The notes: generated from the letters alone by a model not told the origin. DNA of 64,000 nucleotides from an uncultured Gemmatimonadales bacterium (GCA_963828735.1 CAWHFW010000002.1:128001-192000); one strand, 5' to 3'; positions 21,773-31,872 are shown, numbered from the stretch's first letter. A program made the numbers and translations.

Positions 21773-22203
21773 GAATGTACTCCTCATTATAGTGTGACGG
21801 GTCAGCTCAGCTTTCGACGGCCGGCTGATTGGTCCCTGAAAATGCCGGGGCTCTTGCTCCGGTTGCGACTCGGGAACCTCCCGAATGGTCCCCTGTGTGC
21901 GGAGCGTCCTCGTTGCCGACGCTCGGATCTCCGGGCTCGTCCGCTGGGCACGAGCGACGGCTGAAAGAGCGCCCCGCGTACCCCTACCAGGCCATTGAAC
22001 TTTGGTGCAACGGGGCCGACACGGTCACGGCGTCTGCTCGCCTTGTCGGGGTTACGGTTGTGGCGGGGTGGTCACTTCGCGGCGACCGAGGTCGCACGCG
22101 ACGGCGAGGCCGCCGCACTGGTGTGGCGAGCAAGGGTGTGGATAGCCGTCGCGTCCGCCGGAAGATCGCGGACGCGGGGAGGCGGGCTGGTTCGTGGGAG
22201 TTT

Positions 22204-22265
22204 GGTGCGACGGACAGGGAGGGATTCGAACCCTCGAAGGGATTGCTCCCTTACCGGTTTTCGAG
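22204..22265 (-). repeat. Displaced copy of the tRNA-Ser(CGA) 3' half (att-like direct repeat of 25146-25207)
   Basis: 62-bp match with 3 mismatches; begins at the anticodon loop and runs 7 nt past the discriminator; 5' half of the tRNA is absent. Confidence 0.93.
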
Positions 22266-22413
22266 GCAAACACCGCGAACGCATGAACTTTCGTCCGGAG
22301 CGGAAATAACTCGAATCCCACCCTGCCCTGTCGATCTGCGAGAGGATATGCGGCCACAGATTTCGCGCAACTCTAACCCAAGCCTAACCCGACGGCGTGT
22401 CTAGGCGTGGCCC

Positions 22414-25053
22414 CTACTGCCCGTTCACCAGCCGTTCGAAGCGCGGGTTGCCCCGGAGCGGGGCGAAGTTGGGGTCGATCTTGAGCCAGCCGGGCGACAG
22501 GTAATAGGGAATCTTGAGCAGCGACTCGAGTCGGTCGAGGGCCGGTTCGGACTCACCCACGATGAGATGGGTCAAGGCAAGCATACGCAGGAGGTCCGCC
22601 CCCTGCGCCGCGTTCCTGCTGACTGGTAATAGCTCCACGCCGCGCTCTCCTTCGTGGACCGCCTCGGCGCGACGGCCCAGGAATGCGAGCGCCAGGCCCA
22701 GGTACGCGTGGGTTGGAGCGTCCTCAGGTACGTCGCGGAGTCGAGCCTCAAAAGCGACGCGGGCGGAATCGGCATAGGCGCGCGCCAGTGCCTGAGCCCC
22801 TCGCAGCGCGTTGGTTTGGGCGAGCGCGAGGCCCCACGCAGCCCGGTCGCCGCCAAACGCCTCGGGCGAGAGTCGCAGAAGCTGCTGCTGCTGCTCATCG
22901 TCGAGCACCCAGTACAGGTCGGCCATGGCGACTTGTGCCACAAGGGCGGCGGTGTCTACATCTACCGGCACGGCTCGGAGCACCGACCGCGCCCCGGCCA
23001 AGTCACCCTGGGCTAGGTGGACGGAGGTCACTGTAACAATCGCCCAGAGGTTGCTCGGCGCGAGTGCCCGCGCGCGCTCAGCCGTGGACAGTGCCTCTGC
23101 GTAGCGACGGCGGGTGAGCAGTGGCCAGGTGAGTGAATGCGCAATTTCGACGCGTCGCGGATCGAGCACTTCCGCCTCTCGCATGTGCGCAATTCCCTCG
23201 TCAACCCGCCTGAGGAGGAACTCAGCCCACCCGGCCCAGGCCAGCAGCCTTGCGTCCTTCGGCGCAAGCTGCCGCCCCTTCGTGTACTGCTCGAGCGCGC
23301 GCGGCGCGTCGTACCGCACCATTTCGTAGTAGTTGCCAAGCGCCAGATACCCGTCGGCACCCTTGGGCGCGAGCGTTAGCGACCGCTCAGCCGCGCGCTG
23401 AGCGGCCATTGCCGCTGCTGAGTGGTCTGGGGCGTTCCAATAGAGGAACGAGTAGGCCCTCGAAAGCTGAGCCCAGGCTAGGGCGAAGCTCGAATCGAGG
23501 GTCACCGCCCGCTCGTAATAGTCTCGCGCGCGCCGAAGCGCCGCCTGATCCAGGCCAGGGAGACCGTCGGCGGCCTCCTCGCCACGGAGGAACGCATCGT
23601 ACGCGGCCAGGTTTTGAGTCGGGCGTTCGCGGATTCGCTCCTGCTCGCCCGCGCCGAGGGCTACACCGAGCGCCTCGGCCACTCGGCCGGCGATTTGCCC
23701 CTGCACCTGGAACACGTCGGTAAGCGGGGCCTCGAAGGGTGCTTGCCACTTGGTCGAAGCCGTCGTGACCTGGATCAGTTCGGGACTGACGCGCACGCGA
23801 CTCGTTCCGCCTGATGGCTTTGCCTTTTCCCAGCGGACGGTGCCGGTCAGAAGAAACTGCACCCCCAGCTCGCGCCCGATCTGCTGCGGGCTCTTAGTGG
23901 TCTGCTTGTATTGGACTGAGCTGGTGCGGGCGATCACTTCGAGGCCAGGTAGCGCGGCAAGCTTCCCGCGCACCTCATCCGTAACACCATCGGCGAAGTA
24001 ATCATCGTCGCGCTGGCCGAGGTTCTCGAACGGGAGCACGGCCAGCCGTTTCGGGCCAGCGGCCCCGGGTTCTGGCCGGGCGCGTAACCAAGCGAGCAGC
24101 ACCCCCGCCCCCACCAGGATGCCCAGCGCAAGCGTGGCCAAAGCGCGCGGCACCCGCCGATGGCCCCCTGCTGCCATCGGTTGCGAAGCCGCAGGGGTAG
24201 TAGTCGTGTCGGAGGTAACGTGCGGTCGAGCGAGCGCACGGGCGAAGTCTGCAGCGGTGGTAAACCGGTCGGCCGGGGTCACGGCGAGGGCCTGGCTGAT
24301 CGCCTGCTCGATGGCCTCCGGCACGCTGGCGCGCAGCGTCCGCACGTGCGGCAGCGGCTCGAGCACCCGTTTGGCGATCACGACCTGCGGCGTCCGGCCG
24401 GTGTACGGGACCTCGCCGGTCAGCATCTCGTACAGGACGCAGCCGAGACTGTAGAGGTCCGACCGCCCATCCACATTCGACGTGCCGTCCGCCTGCTCTG
24501 GGCTCATATAGGCGGGCGTGCCGACTGCCACACCCGTGGCCGTCAGGTGCTCGGCGTCAGCGACCTGCACTGCTCGGGCGATGCCGAAGTCAGCGACCAA
24601 CGCGTGGCCCTGGCCGAGCAGGATGTTCTCGGGCTTGATGTCGCGGTGCACGATGCTCTGGCTGTGCGCGTAGCCCAGCGCGTCGGCCACCTCGCGGGTG
24701 ATTTGCAGCGCATCGTCGAGCGGCAATTGAGCCTCGCGCCGCAGGCGATCCCGAAGGGAGTCGCCCTCGACGTAGGGCATGGTGTACCAGAGCTGGCCAG
24801 CCGCTTCGCCGGAATCGAGCACGGGCAGGATGTGTGGGTGCTGCAGGCGGGCGGTGGTCCGGATTTCCCGCTGGAAGCGCTCAGGGCCGAGGGTGGCGGC
24901 GAGGTCGGGATGCAAGACCTTGAACGCGACCGGGCGGTCATGCCGGAGATCGTGGGCCAGGAACACCGTGGCCATGCCACCCCGCCCCAGCTCGCGCTCG
25001 AGTCGGTAGCGGTCAGCCAAGCCGCTCTGGAGCTGTTCGCGGAGGTCTGGCAC
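22414..25053 (-). CDS. Hanks-type Ser/Thr protein kinase with TM helix, TolB-N-like domain and TPR repeats
   Basis: GRGGMATV, VAFK, HRDIKPEN, DFG, GTPAYMSPEQ; TM segment LALGILVGAGVLLAWL; LAVLPFEN; TPR-like helices. Confidence 0.95.
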   Translation of the reverse strand: MPDLREQLQSGLADRYRLERELGRGGMATVFLAHDLRHDRPVAFKVLHPDLAATLGPERFQREIRTTARLQHPHILPVLDSGEAAGQLWYTMPYVEGDSLRDRLRREAQLPLDDALQITREVADALGYAHSQSIVHRDIKPENILLGQGHALVADFGIARAVQVADAEHLTATGVAVGTPAYMSPEQADGTSNVDGRSDLYSLGCVLYEMLTGEVPYTGRTPQVVIAKRVLEPLPHVRTLRASVPEAIEQAISQALAVTPADRFTTAADFARALARPHVTSDTTTTPAASQPMAAGGHRRVPRALATLALGILVGAGVLLAWLRARPEPGAAGPKRLAVLPFENLGQRDDDYFADGVTDEVRGKLAALPGLEVIARTSSVQYKQTTKSPQQIGRELGVQFLLTGTVRWEKAKPSGGTSRVRVSPELIQVTTASTKWQAPFEAPLTDVFQVQGQIAGRVAEALGVALGAGEQERIRERPTQNLAAYDAFLRGEEAADGLPGLDQAALRRARDYYERAVTLDSSFALAWAQLSRAYSFLYWNAPDHSAAAMAAQRAAERSLTLAPKGADGYLALGNYYEMVRYDAPRALEQYTKGRQLAPKDARLLAWAGWAEFLLRRVDEGIAHMREAEVLDPRRVEIAHSLTWPLLTRRRYAEALSTAERARALAPSNLWAIVTVTSVHLAQGDLAGARSVLRAVPVDVDTAALVAQVAMADLYWVLDDEQQQQLLRLSPEAFGGDRAAWGLALAQTNALRGAQALARAYADSARVAFEARLRDVPEDAPTHAYLGLALAFLGRRAEAVHEGERGVELLPVSRNAAQGADLLRMLALTHLIVGESEPALDRLESLLKIPYYLSPGWLKIDPNFAPLRGNPRFERLVNGQ

Positions 25054-25152
25054 CTATGACCTGCCTAGAAGGCTGCGCACACCAAGCATACCGCGTGGCT
25101 AAGGAGGAGGATAGGGACCAGCGAAAGAGGCCGGGATGAAGCGGAGGTGCAA

Positions 25153-25239
25153 CGGACAGGGAGGGATTCGAACCCTCGAAGGGGTTGCCCCCTTACCGGT
25201 TTTCGAGACCGGCTCCTTCAGCCACTCGGACACCTGTCC
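25153..25239 (-). tRNA. tRNA-Ser (CGA)
   Basis: GGACAGG/CCTGTCC acceptor stem, anticodon arm CCGGT-CTCGAAA-ACCGG, variable arm AAGGGG-GCAA-CCCCTT, GGTTCGAATCC; CCA not encoded. Confidence 0.97.
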
Positions 25240-25377
25240 TGAGCGATCCAACCTCGCTCGGGCGCGAAGATTACAACCCCCGAGGCCGCTTTGCCAGTCA
25301 GTTTCGGGGCCGCACCCAAACGCGCCGCGTTCGGGCGCGCCACGGCGGTTACGTGCGTCGAACCGCCGTGCGCCCTG

Positions 25378-25815
25378 CTACAGCACGGAGCGGCGGTCCT
25401 TGAAGAATCGCTTGAGCAGTTCGGCGCAATCCTCGGCGAAGAGCCCGCTCACGACCTCCGGCCGATGATTGAGACGAGGATGGCGCAAGAGGTCATAGAC
25501 CGAACCGGACATGCCCGCGCGCAGGTCCTGCGCGCCGTACACCACTCGGCCCACCTTCGCGAGGACGATCGCGCCGGCGCACTGGGCGCACGGTTCCAGG
25601 GTCACGTAGAGCGTGGCGAACGGAAGCCGGTCTTCGCCAGCGCGGTGGAGCGCCCGGTGGATCGCCAGGAGCTCCGCATGTGCGGTCGGGTCGCGGCGCT
25701 GGATGGTCTCGTTGTGCGCCTCGGCCAGCACTTCGCCATCGGCGACGATCACCGCTCCGATCGGCACCTCTTCGCGCACGGAGGCGGCGCGCGCCAGGCG
25801 CAACGCCGCCTGCAT
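25378..25815 (-). CDS. tadA: tRNA-specific adenosine deaminase (start uncertain)
   Basis: EVPIGAV, PTAHAE, TLEPCAQC, LNHR, LLKRFF. Confidence 0.92.
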   Translation of the reverse strand: MQAALRLARAASVREEVPIGAVIVADGEVLAEAHNETIQRRDPTAHAELLAIHRALHRAGEDRLPFATLYVTLEPCAQCAGAIVLAKVGRVVYGAQDLRAGMSGSVYDLLRHPRLNHRPEVVSGLFAEDCAELLKRFFKDRRSVL

Positions 25816-25846
25816 ACCCTGCAGGTCGCTCGGTGACGGTGTCCCC

Positions 25847-28474
25847 CTACGCACTGGCGCGCTCGGGGGCCGTCGCCACCCGGGCAAAGCGCAGATGCTC
25901 GTCCGCTCGCTCGGCACGGATGGTGTCGCCCTCGTGGAAGTTTCCCTCGAGAATCTCGAGCGCGATCGGGTTCTGGAGCTCGCGCTGGATCACGCGCTTG
26001 AGCGGTCGAGCCCCGTAGACCGGATCGTACCCCTGCGCGGCCAGGAGCTCCTTGGCCTCCGGCGCGACCTCGAGCCGGATGTGCCGGGCCGCCAGCAGAT
26101 CGTCCAAATGACGCAGCTGGATGTCCACGATGTGCACCAGGTCCTCGCGGCTGAGCGGACGGAAGACGATGATCTCGTCCACCCGATTGAGGAACTCGGG
26201 ACGGAAGAAATTCCGGAGCTCGTCCCGGACCCGCTGTTCCACCCGCTCCCACGCCTTGTCGTCCACCTGCGCGCCGGCGTCCACGATGATCTGGCTCCCG
26301 ATGTTGCTGGTCATGATGATCACCGCGTTGCGGAAATCCACGAGCCGACCCTGGCTGTCCGTGAGTCGGCCGTCATCGAGAATCTGGAGCAGCACGTTGA
26401 ACACGTCCGGGTGCGCTTTCTCGATCTCGTCGAAGAGAATGACGCTGTACGGCCGGCGGCGGACCGCCTCGGTGAGCTGGCCGCCCTCCTCGTATCCGAC
26501 GTACCCCGGCGGCGCGCCGATGAGCCGGGCCACCGAATGCTTCTCCATGTACTCCGACATGTCGATCCGGATCATGGCCCGCTCGTCGTCGAACAGGAAC
26601 TCGGCCAGGGCCCGTGCCGTCTCGGTCTTTCCCACCCCCGTGGGGCCCAGGAAAATGAACGAGCCCGTGGGCCGGTTGGGGTCGCCCAGTCCGGCTCGGC
26701 TGCGTCGAACGGCGTTCGCCACGCTCGTGATCGGGGCTCGCTGGCCGATGACACGGCGGCCGAGCTCGTCCTCGAGCTTCACCAGGCGCTCGCGCTCGCT
26801 CTCGAGCATCTTGCTCACCGGGATCCCGGTCCATTTGCTCACGATCTCGGCGATGTCCTCCGCGTCGACCTCTTCCCGCAGGTAGCGCGCGCGCGACTGC
26901 GTTCCCTGGAGCCGCTTCTCGTCCTCCTGCAGCTTCCGCTCGAGCTCCGGCAAGCGCCCATAACGGAGCTCGGCGGCGCGCTGCAGATCCCCGCGGCGCG
27001 TGGCCTGCTCGATCTCGGCGCGGACGGTCTCGGTCTCCGCCCTGATCTGCTGGATCTCGCCGATAGCCCCTTTCTCTGCCTGCCACTGCGCCTTCATGGC
27101 GTCCGCGCGCTCGCGCAGCTCGGCGATCTCCGCCTCGAGCGTCTGCCGGCGCTCGACAGCCGCTTTGTCCTTCTCCTTGAGCAGCGCCTGGCGCTCGATC
27201 TGGAGCTGCACGATGCGCCGCTCGACCTCGTCGATCTCCTGGGGCAGACTGTCGATCTCGATCCGAAGCCGGCTCGCGGCCTCGTCGACCAGGTCGATCG
27301 CCTTGTCCGGCAGGAACCGGTCGCCGATGTACCGGTCGGAGAGCGTGGCGGCCGCCACCAGAGCGTTGTCCGTGATCCGGACACCGTGGTGCACCTCGTA
27401 CTTCTCCTTGAGCCCGCGCAGGATCGCGATCGTGTCGGCCACGCTCGGCTCGCCCACGAGCACCGGCTGGAAGCGGCGCTCGAGCGCGGGGTCCTTCTCG
27501 ACGTGCTTGCGGTATTCGTCGAGCGTCGTGGCGCCGATCACGTGGAGCTCGCCGCGAGCCAGCGGCGGCTTGAGCATGTTGCTGGCGTCCACGGCCCCCT
27601 CGGCAGCACCGGCGCCGACGATCGTGTGCAGCTCGTCGATGAAAGTGATGAACTTCCCCTCGCTCTCGGTGAGCTCCTTCACGACCGCCTTGAGCCGTTC
27701 CTCGAACTCGCCTCGGAACTTGGCGCCCGCCAGCAGCTGACCGATATCGAGGCCGACGAGCTCCCGGTTCCGAAGCGACTCCGGCACGTCGCCGTTCACG
27801 ATGCGCTGCGCCAGACCTTCGACGATGGCCGTCTTCCCCACGCCGGGCTCGCCGATGAGGACGGGGTTGTTCTTGGTGCGCCGCGAGAGCACCTGGACGA
27901 CGCGGCGGATCTCCTCGTCGCGGCCGATCACCGGATCGAGCTTTCCGCGACGGGCCTGCTCGGTCAGGTTCCGGGTGTACCGCTCCAGCGCCTGGTACTT
28001 CTCCTCGGGCGACTGGTCGGTGACCCGATGCGAGCCGCGCACCTCGTCGAGGGCGCGCCGCAGGTCGTCGGCCGAGACCTTCTGGGCGCTCAACAGGCCC
28101 CGCAGGGCCGTGCCCTTCTCCTCGGCCATGGCGATCAACAGATGCTCGGTGGAGACATAGGTGTCACCGAGCTTGGAGGCATCCGCGTCGGCCCGGTCGA
28201 AGATGCGGTGCATCTCGCGACTGAATGACGGCTCCGCGGTTCCACCCTCCTGAGTGGGGAACCGGTCCAGCTCGCGCTCCACCGCCTGCCCCAGGCCGGT
28301 CACATTGAGACCCGCCTTCTGCAGGAGCGGCTGGACCACACCTTCGGGTTGCGCGAGAAGCGCCGCCAGCAGGTGGGCGTCGTTGACGACGGGGTTGCCG
28401 CGCCGACGGGCGAGCTCACCGGCGTCGCGGAAGGCCTCCTGGCCCTTGATGGTCAATCGCTCGGGTCGAATCAT
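25847..28474 (-). CDS. clpB: ATP-dependent chaperone ClpB
   Basis: Two AAA+ modules ([16 protein letters not shown]), coiled-coil M domain (AAELRYG), YGARPLKR. Confidence 0.97.
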   Translation of the reverse strand: MIRPERLTIKGQEAFRDAGELARRRGNPVVNDAHLLAALLAQPEGVVQPLLQKAGLNVTGLGQAVERELDRFPTQEGGTAEPSFSREMHRIFDRADADASKLGDTYVSTEHLLIAMAEEKGTALRGLLSAQKVSADDLRRALDEVRGSHRVTDQSPEEKYQALERYTRNLTEQARRGKLDPVIGRDEEIRRVVQVLSRRTKNNPVLIGEPGVGKTAIVEGLAQRIVNGDVPESLRNRELVGLDIGQLLAGAKFRGEFEERLKAVVKELTESEGKFITFIDELHTIVGAGAAEGAVDASNMLKPPLARGELHVIGATTLDEYRKHVEKDPALERRFQPVLVGEPSVADTIAILRGLKEKYEVHHGVRITDNALVAAATLSDRYIGDRFLPDKAIDLVDEAASRLRIEIDSLPQEIDEVERRIVQLQIERQALLKEKDKAAVERRQTLEAEIAELRERADAMKAQWQAEKGAIGEIQQIRAETETVRAEIEQATRRGDLQRAAELRYGRLPELERKLQEDEKRLQGTQSRARYLREEVDAEDIAEIVSKWTGIPVSKMLESERERLVKLEDELGRRVIGQRAPITSVANAVRRSRAGLGDPNRPTGSFIFLGPTGVGKTETARALAEFLFDDERAMIRIDMSEYMEKHSVARLIGAPPGYVGYEEGGQLTEAVRRRPYSVILFDEIEKAHPDVFNVLLQILDDGRLTDSQGRLVDFRNAVIIMTSNIGSQIIVDAGAQVDDKAWERVEQRVRDELRNFFRPEFLNRVDEIIVFRPLSREDLVHIVDIQLRHLDDLLAARHIRLEVAPEAKELLAAQGYDPVYGARPLKRVIQRELQNPIALEILEGNFHEGDTIRAERADEHLRFARVATAPERASA

Positions 28475-28562
28475 CGTCGTAGGTCGTAGGTCGTGGGTTC
28501 GCAGCCTTGCGGTGGGACACACCTCCGCAAGGCGATGGGCATCGGTCGAGGCCTTGGCCTGG

Positions 28563-28577
28563 GCAACGGCCGTACCG
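28563..28577 (-). promoter_or_regulatory. Candidate sigma54 promoter upstream of clpB
   Basis: CGGTACG-GCCG-TTGC on the minus strand with GG-N10-GC spacing, about 90 nt before the ATG. Confidence 0.4.
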
Positions 28578-28636
28578 CAAATCCCTGCCACATTGACAGC
28601 CAAAGCAAGCGAGGGACGGCCCGCGGGCCGTCCCTC

Positions 28637-29089
28637 TCATTGCTGGCTGGTCACCTTCTTCTGCGCGATCATCTTGCGGGTGAACCGCTCTCCATCCACG
28701 GTGAGCTGGTAGTAGTACACACCCGAAGTTGCCTCGCTCTGACCATCCAGATACTTCCCGTCCCAGAACGCGTGGTACTCGCCGCATCGCAGTCGGAGAC
28801 TGTCCAGGCGCTCCGCGCCAGGGCGGGGTCCCGAGCCCGTGGCGAGCACGGGGATGGCGACCACCTGGACGAGCACGTTGTAGATCTTCAGACTGACGAC
28901 CGGTTGGTGTCCTCTGGCGCACACCTCCTGGGAAATCAAGAACGGAATCGTCGTCGTCGGAAAGAACGGATTGGGGTAGTTCTCCTTCAGCTCGATTCGA
29001 GGCGGGGAGACGTTCGCCTGCGCAGCCACCGGGTTTCCGACGCCCACCAGCAGCCCGAGCCACCACCCCGCCCACGCCCAGCGGACCAT
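28637..29089 (-). CDS. Secreted hypothetical protein, single FlgD-Ig/T9SS-CTD-like domain
   Basis: GAGGAG RBS, signal peptide, ENYPNPF, LKIYNVL, WDGK, SGVYYYQL, RKM. Confidence 0.8.
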   Translation of the reverse strand: MVRWAWAGWWLGLLVGVGNPVAAQANVSPPRIELKENYPNPFFPTTTIPFLISQEVCARGHQPVVSLKIYNVLVQVVAIPVLATGSGPRPGAERLDSLRLRCGEYHAFWDGKYLDGQSEATSGVYYYQLTVDGERFTRKMIAQKKVTSQQ

Positions 29090-29196
29090 GGGTGCTCCTC
29101 ATCAGACGGATGGAAGTACGGCGGGCACCTCCAGGAGGCGAAAGTCAAAGGCAACCGGACTACTGAGTGTAAGATTCCAGCCCAACCGGCGGTGTG

Positions 29197-31039
29197 TCAA
29201 GCGTTTCGGAGCTTCCTTGCATCTCCGACCCGCTCGGTGATTCCCTTGGCGTCGGCCCACTCGAGGAGCGGGATCATGTACTTCCTGCTGATCCCGAGGC
29301 GGTCTCGTAGGGCGGCCGGTGCGATCAGGCTCTCGCGACCGATGTCCGCCAGCGCGGCCGTGAAGCGGTCCAGAGCGGGAAGGGCGTAGTAGCGGTCCCG
29401 CTCCACTGCTTCGATCCTGCCCGCTTGAGCCGCGAGCCTGAGGATCGCACCCACATCGCGTCGGCCGGTCTCCCGCTCCAGCTCAGCCAGGGTTGGCGGG
29501 CTCAGGCCCGCCTCCTCCAGAATGCGAACGAACCGATCGATCTCCGCGTCACCGCCTTCGACCCGGGGTACGAACCCGGACAACATCGCCAGCCCGTCGC
29601 CTGCGCGAATGCGTCCCGCCGAGACGAGGTCCGTCAACGCCTGCTCGGCCAAGGCGGGCGGCGCACGAAGTCCGTGGCGAAGCGTCTCGAGCGAGAGCCC
29701 GCGGTCGCTTGGCCTGGCGCGGTGATGTGCCTTGAGCTGGCTCAGCGCCTGTGCGCCGAGCGCGGAGAGGGTCGCCTCGCGGACCCAGAGCTCGCCGACC
29801 TGGCGAAGGCCAGGGGTGGAGCGCGCCACCGCCGCCGCTTCGGCCGGCGGGAGGCCAAGGAGAATCGGCACCTCGGCGGTAGGCACGCCGGAGGGGCGAC
29901 GCTCGAGCAGTGCGGCGAATCGCGCCTCCGGGTTCTCCTCCACCAATCCGCTCGGCCAGAGGCTGCGGCGTCTCGGCGGTGAAGGATCGAGGATCCGGCC
30001 TCCGCCGATCGTGGTCACCGGACTGAAGCTTCGAAGCACGATCCGATCGCCGCCGCGAGCCACGATCGGTCCCTCGAGGGCCAGTCTGGCCAGCCCCTTC
30101 CCGCCTGGCTCGAATCGGGGCCCGCGGGTGCACCCGCGCCATCACCTCTGTGGTCCCGAGGTGGACGCGAACGCGGGCCCGCGGGGTCAGCGCGCGTGGG
30201 GCGTCTGCCCCGAGCGCCAGCTCCACATCCACCGCCCTCACCGGCGCCCATGGCGCATCGGCGGCCACGAGCCACGCCCCTCGCTGGGCCTCCTCGCGCT
30301 GCACCCCGGCCAGTCCGACGGCGGTGCGGGCGCCGGGCTGACTCTGCTGGAGCGTGGCGCCGTAGCTCTCGATGGAGCGCACGCGGGCCGGCGTGTCGGA
30401 TGGCAGCAGCCGTACCGCGTCGCCCACGGAGAGGCGCCCCGACCAGGCCGTCCCCGTGACGACCGTTCCCACACCCGCGAGCGAGAACGCGCGGTCGACC
30501 GGGAGCCGGAACAGATCAGCGCCGAGCCGCGGGCTCAGTCCGGCGGCCCGGGCGGCGAGGCGTGCGCGCAAGCCGTCGAGACCCAGGCCCGACTTGGCCG
30601 ACACCGCGATCGGCGCCTCGAATCCGACCGAAGAGCGCGCGAGACGGTCGCCCACTTCGGCCAGCACCAGCTCGAGCCAGTCGGGATCGACCAGATCCGC
30701 CTTCGTGACGACCGGAATCCCCGCGCGGACGCCGAGATGCTCGAGCACCGCCAGGTGCTCCAGGGTTTGCGGCATGATCCCTTCGTCGGCGGCGACCACC
30801 AACAACGCGAGGTCGATGCCGGATGCCCCCGCCACCATCGTGCGCACGAAATCTTCGTGGCCCGGCACGTCCACGACGCCGGCCGTGGTGCCGTTGCCGA
30901 GCGAGAGCGGAGCGAAGTTGAGGTCGATCGTGATGCCGCGCCGCCGTTCCTCGGCCAGGCGATCCATGGGGCGGCCCGTGAGTGCGGCCACCAGCGCGGA
31001 CTTGCCGTGGTCGATGTGTCCAGCCGTTCCGATGATCAC
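29197..31039 (-). CDS. selB: Selenocysteine-specific elongation factor, apparent frameshift near 30113
   Basis: IIGTAGHIDHGKS, EERRRGITIDL, DVPGHE, SPVTTIGGG; C-terminal winged-helix LGISRKYMIPLLE. Confidence 0.93.
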
Positions 31040-31800
31040 ACGGACACCACCCAGGGACGACGCTGCCAGAAGTCGAGCGCCGGAAGCTCGGCCCCCTCGC
31101 CGAGGTGGTAGCGCACGTAGCGGGCAAGGAGCCGGCGGTGGGCGGTACCGTGCCGCTCGTCGAGACGCGGGAGGGCGGCGTCGGGATTCAGCAGCGCCAC
31201 GAGGTCCGCCCGGGCGTCGGCCGGGAGCCGCGTGGCCCCCTGCTCCGCGGCGCACGCGGCACACAGGGCGCCACCCTCGCTGGTGCTGAACGGGAGTCCG
31301 CCATCCTCGGGCAACGCACCGCCGTCGCGCGCGCACGCATCGAGCGATGGCGCGAAGCCCAGCACGCTCACCAGGTGCCACAGCAGGCGGTAGCCCAGCG
31401 CCTCTACGTCTGCGCCCGCCGCGTCCTCCAAGGCGCCCAGCGCGTCGCGGAAAACGTCGTAGCTCTGGGGGTGGGGATCGGGCGGGGCGAAGCGCACCAT
31501 GACCTCCGCGAGAGCGGAGGCGGTCGCGTAGCGCGAAACGTCGGCCGCCAGCGCCAGGTGCAGGTGCTGCAGGTCGAACGCGGTGAGCACGTGCAGCTCC
31601 CGGTGCTCCTTGGCCAGGTACTGTGCCTGGCCCTCGCTCAGCAGCTGAAGCGCGGCGCCGTAGCGACTCTTCGGCCGCAAGGCTCCCTTCGCGATCGCGC
31701 TCTGCACGCCGTGGTCGCGCGTGGCGAGCCGAACGATCTTCGAGGTTTCACTGTAGCGGAGCGCGGACAGGACGATCGCCGGCGTGGTCACCAGAGGCAT
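31036..31800 (-). CDS. recO: DNA repair protein RecO
   Basis: YSETSKIV, AIAKGA, GFAPSLDAC...GGALCAAC zinc-finger remnant. Confidence 0.9.
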   Translation of the reverse strand: MPLVTTPAIVLSALRYSETSKIVRLATRDHGVQSAIAKGALRPKSRYGAALQLLSEGQAQYLAKEHRELHVLTAFDLQHLHLALAADVSRYATASALAEVMVRFAPPDPHPQSYDVFRDALGALEDAAGADVEALGYRLLWHLVSVLGFAPSLDACARDGGALPEDGGLPFSTSEGGALCAACAAEQGATRLPADARADLVALLNPDAALPRLDERHGTAHRRLLARYVRYHLGEGAELPALDFWQRRPWVVSV

Positions 31801-31872
31801 GGCGAAATATACGGCCGGCCGGTGGGAGGACGGACGATTGCGCCACCCGTTCGTCCTCCCGCCGCCCTCCGC

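Larger units (their letters stand above)
22204..25207. mobile_element. tRNA-Ser-anchored genomic islet (no integrase) carrying a Ser/Thr kinase gene
   Basis: Direct repeats of the tRNA 3' half 2942 bp apart enclose a single gene. Confidence 0.7.

Noticed and set aside
22204..22300. Third intact tRNA-Ser gene
   Set aside because: Similarity stops at the anticodon loop; no D-arm or 5' acceptor strand.
30100..30125. Programmed frameshift in selB
   Set aside because: No slippery heptamer, and similar indels occur in many unrelated genes, so error is more parsimonious.
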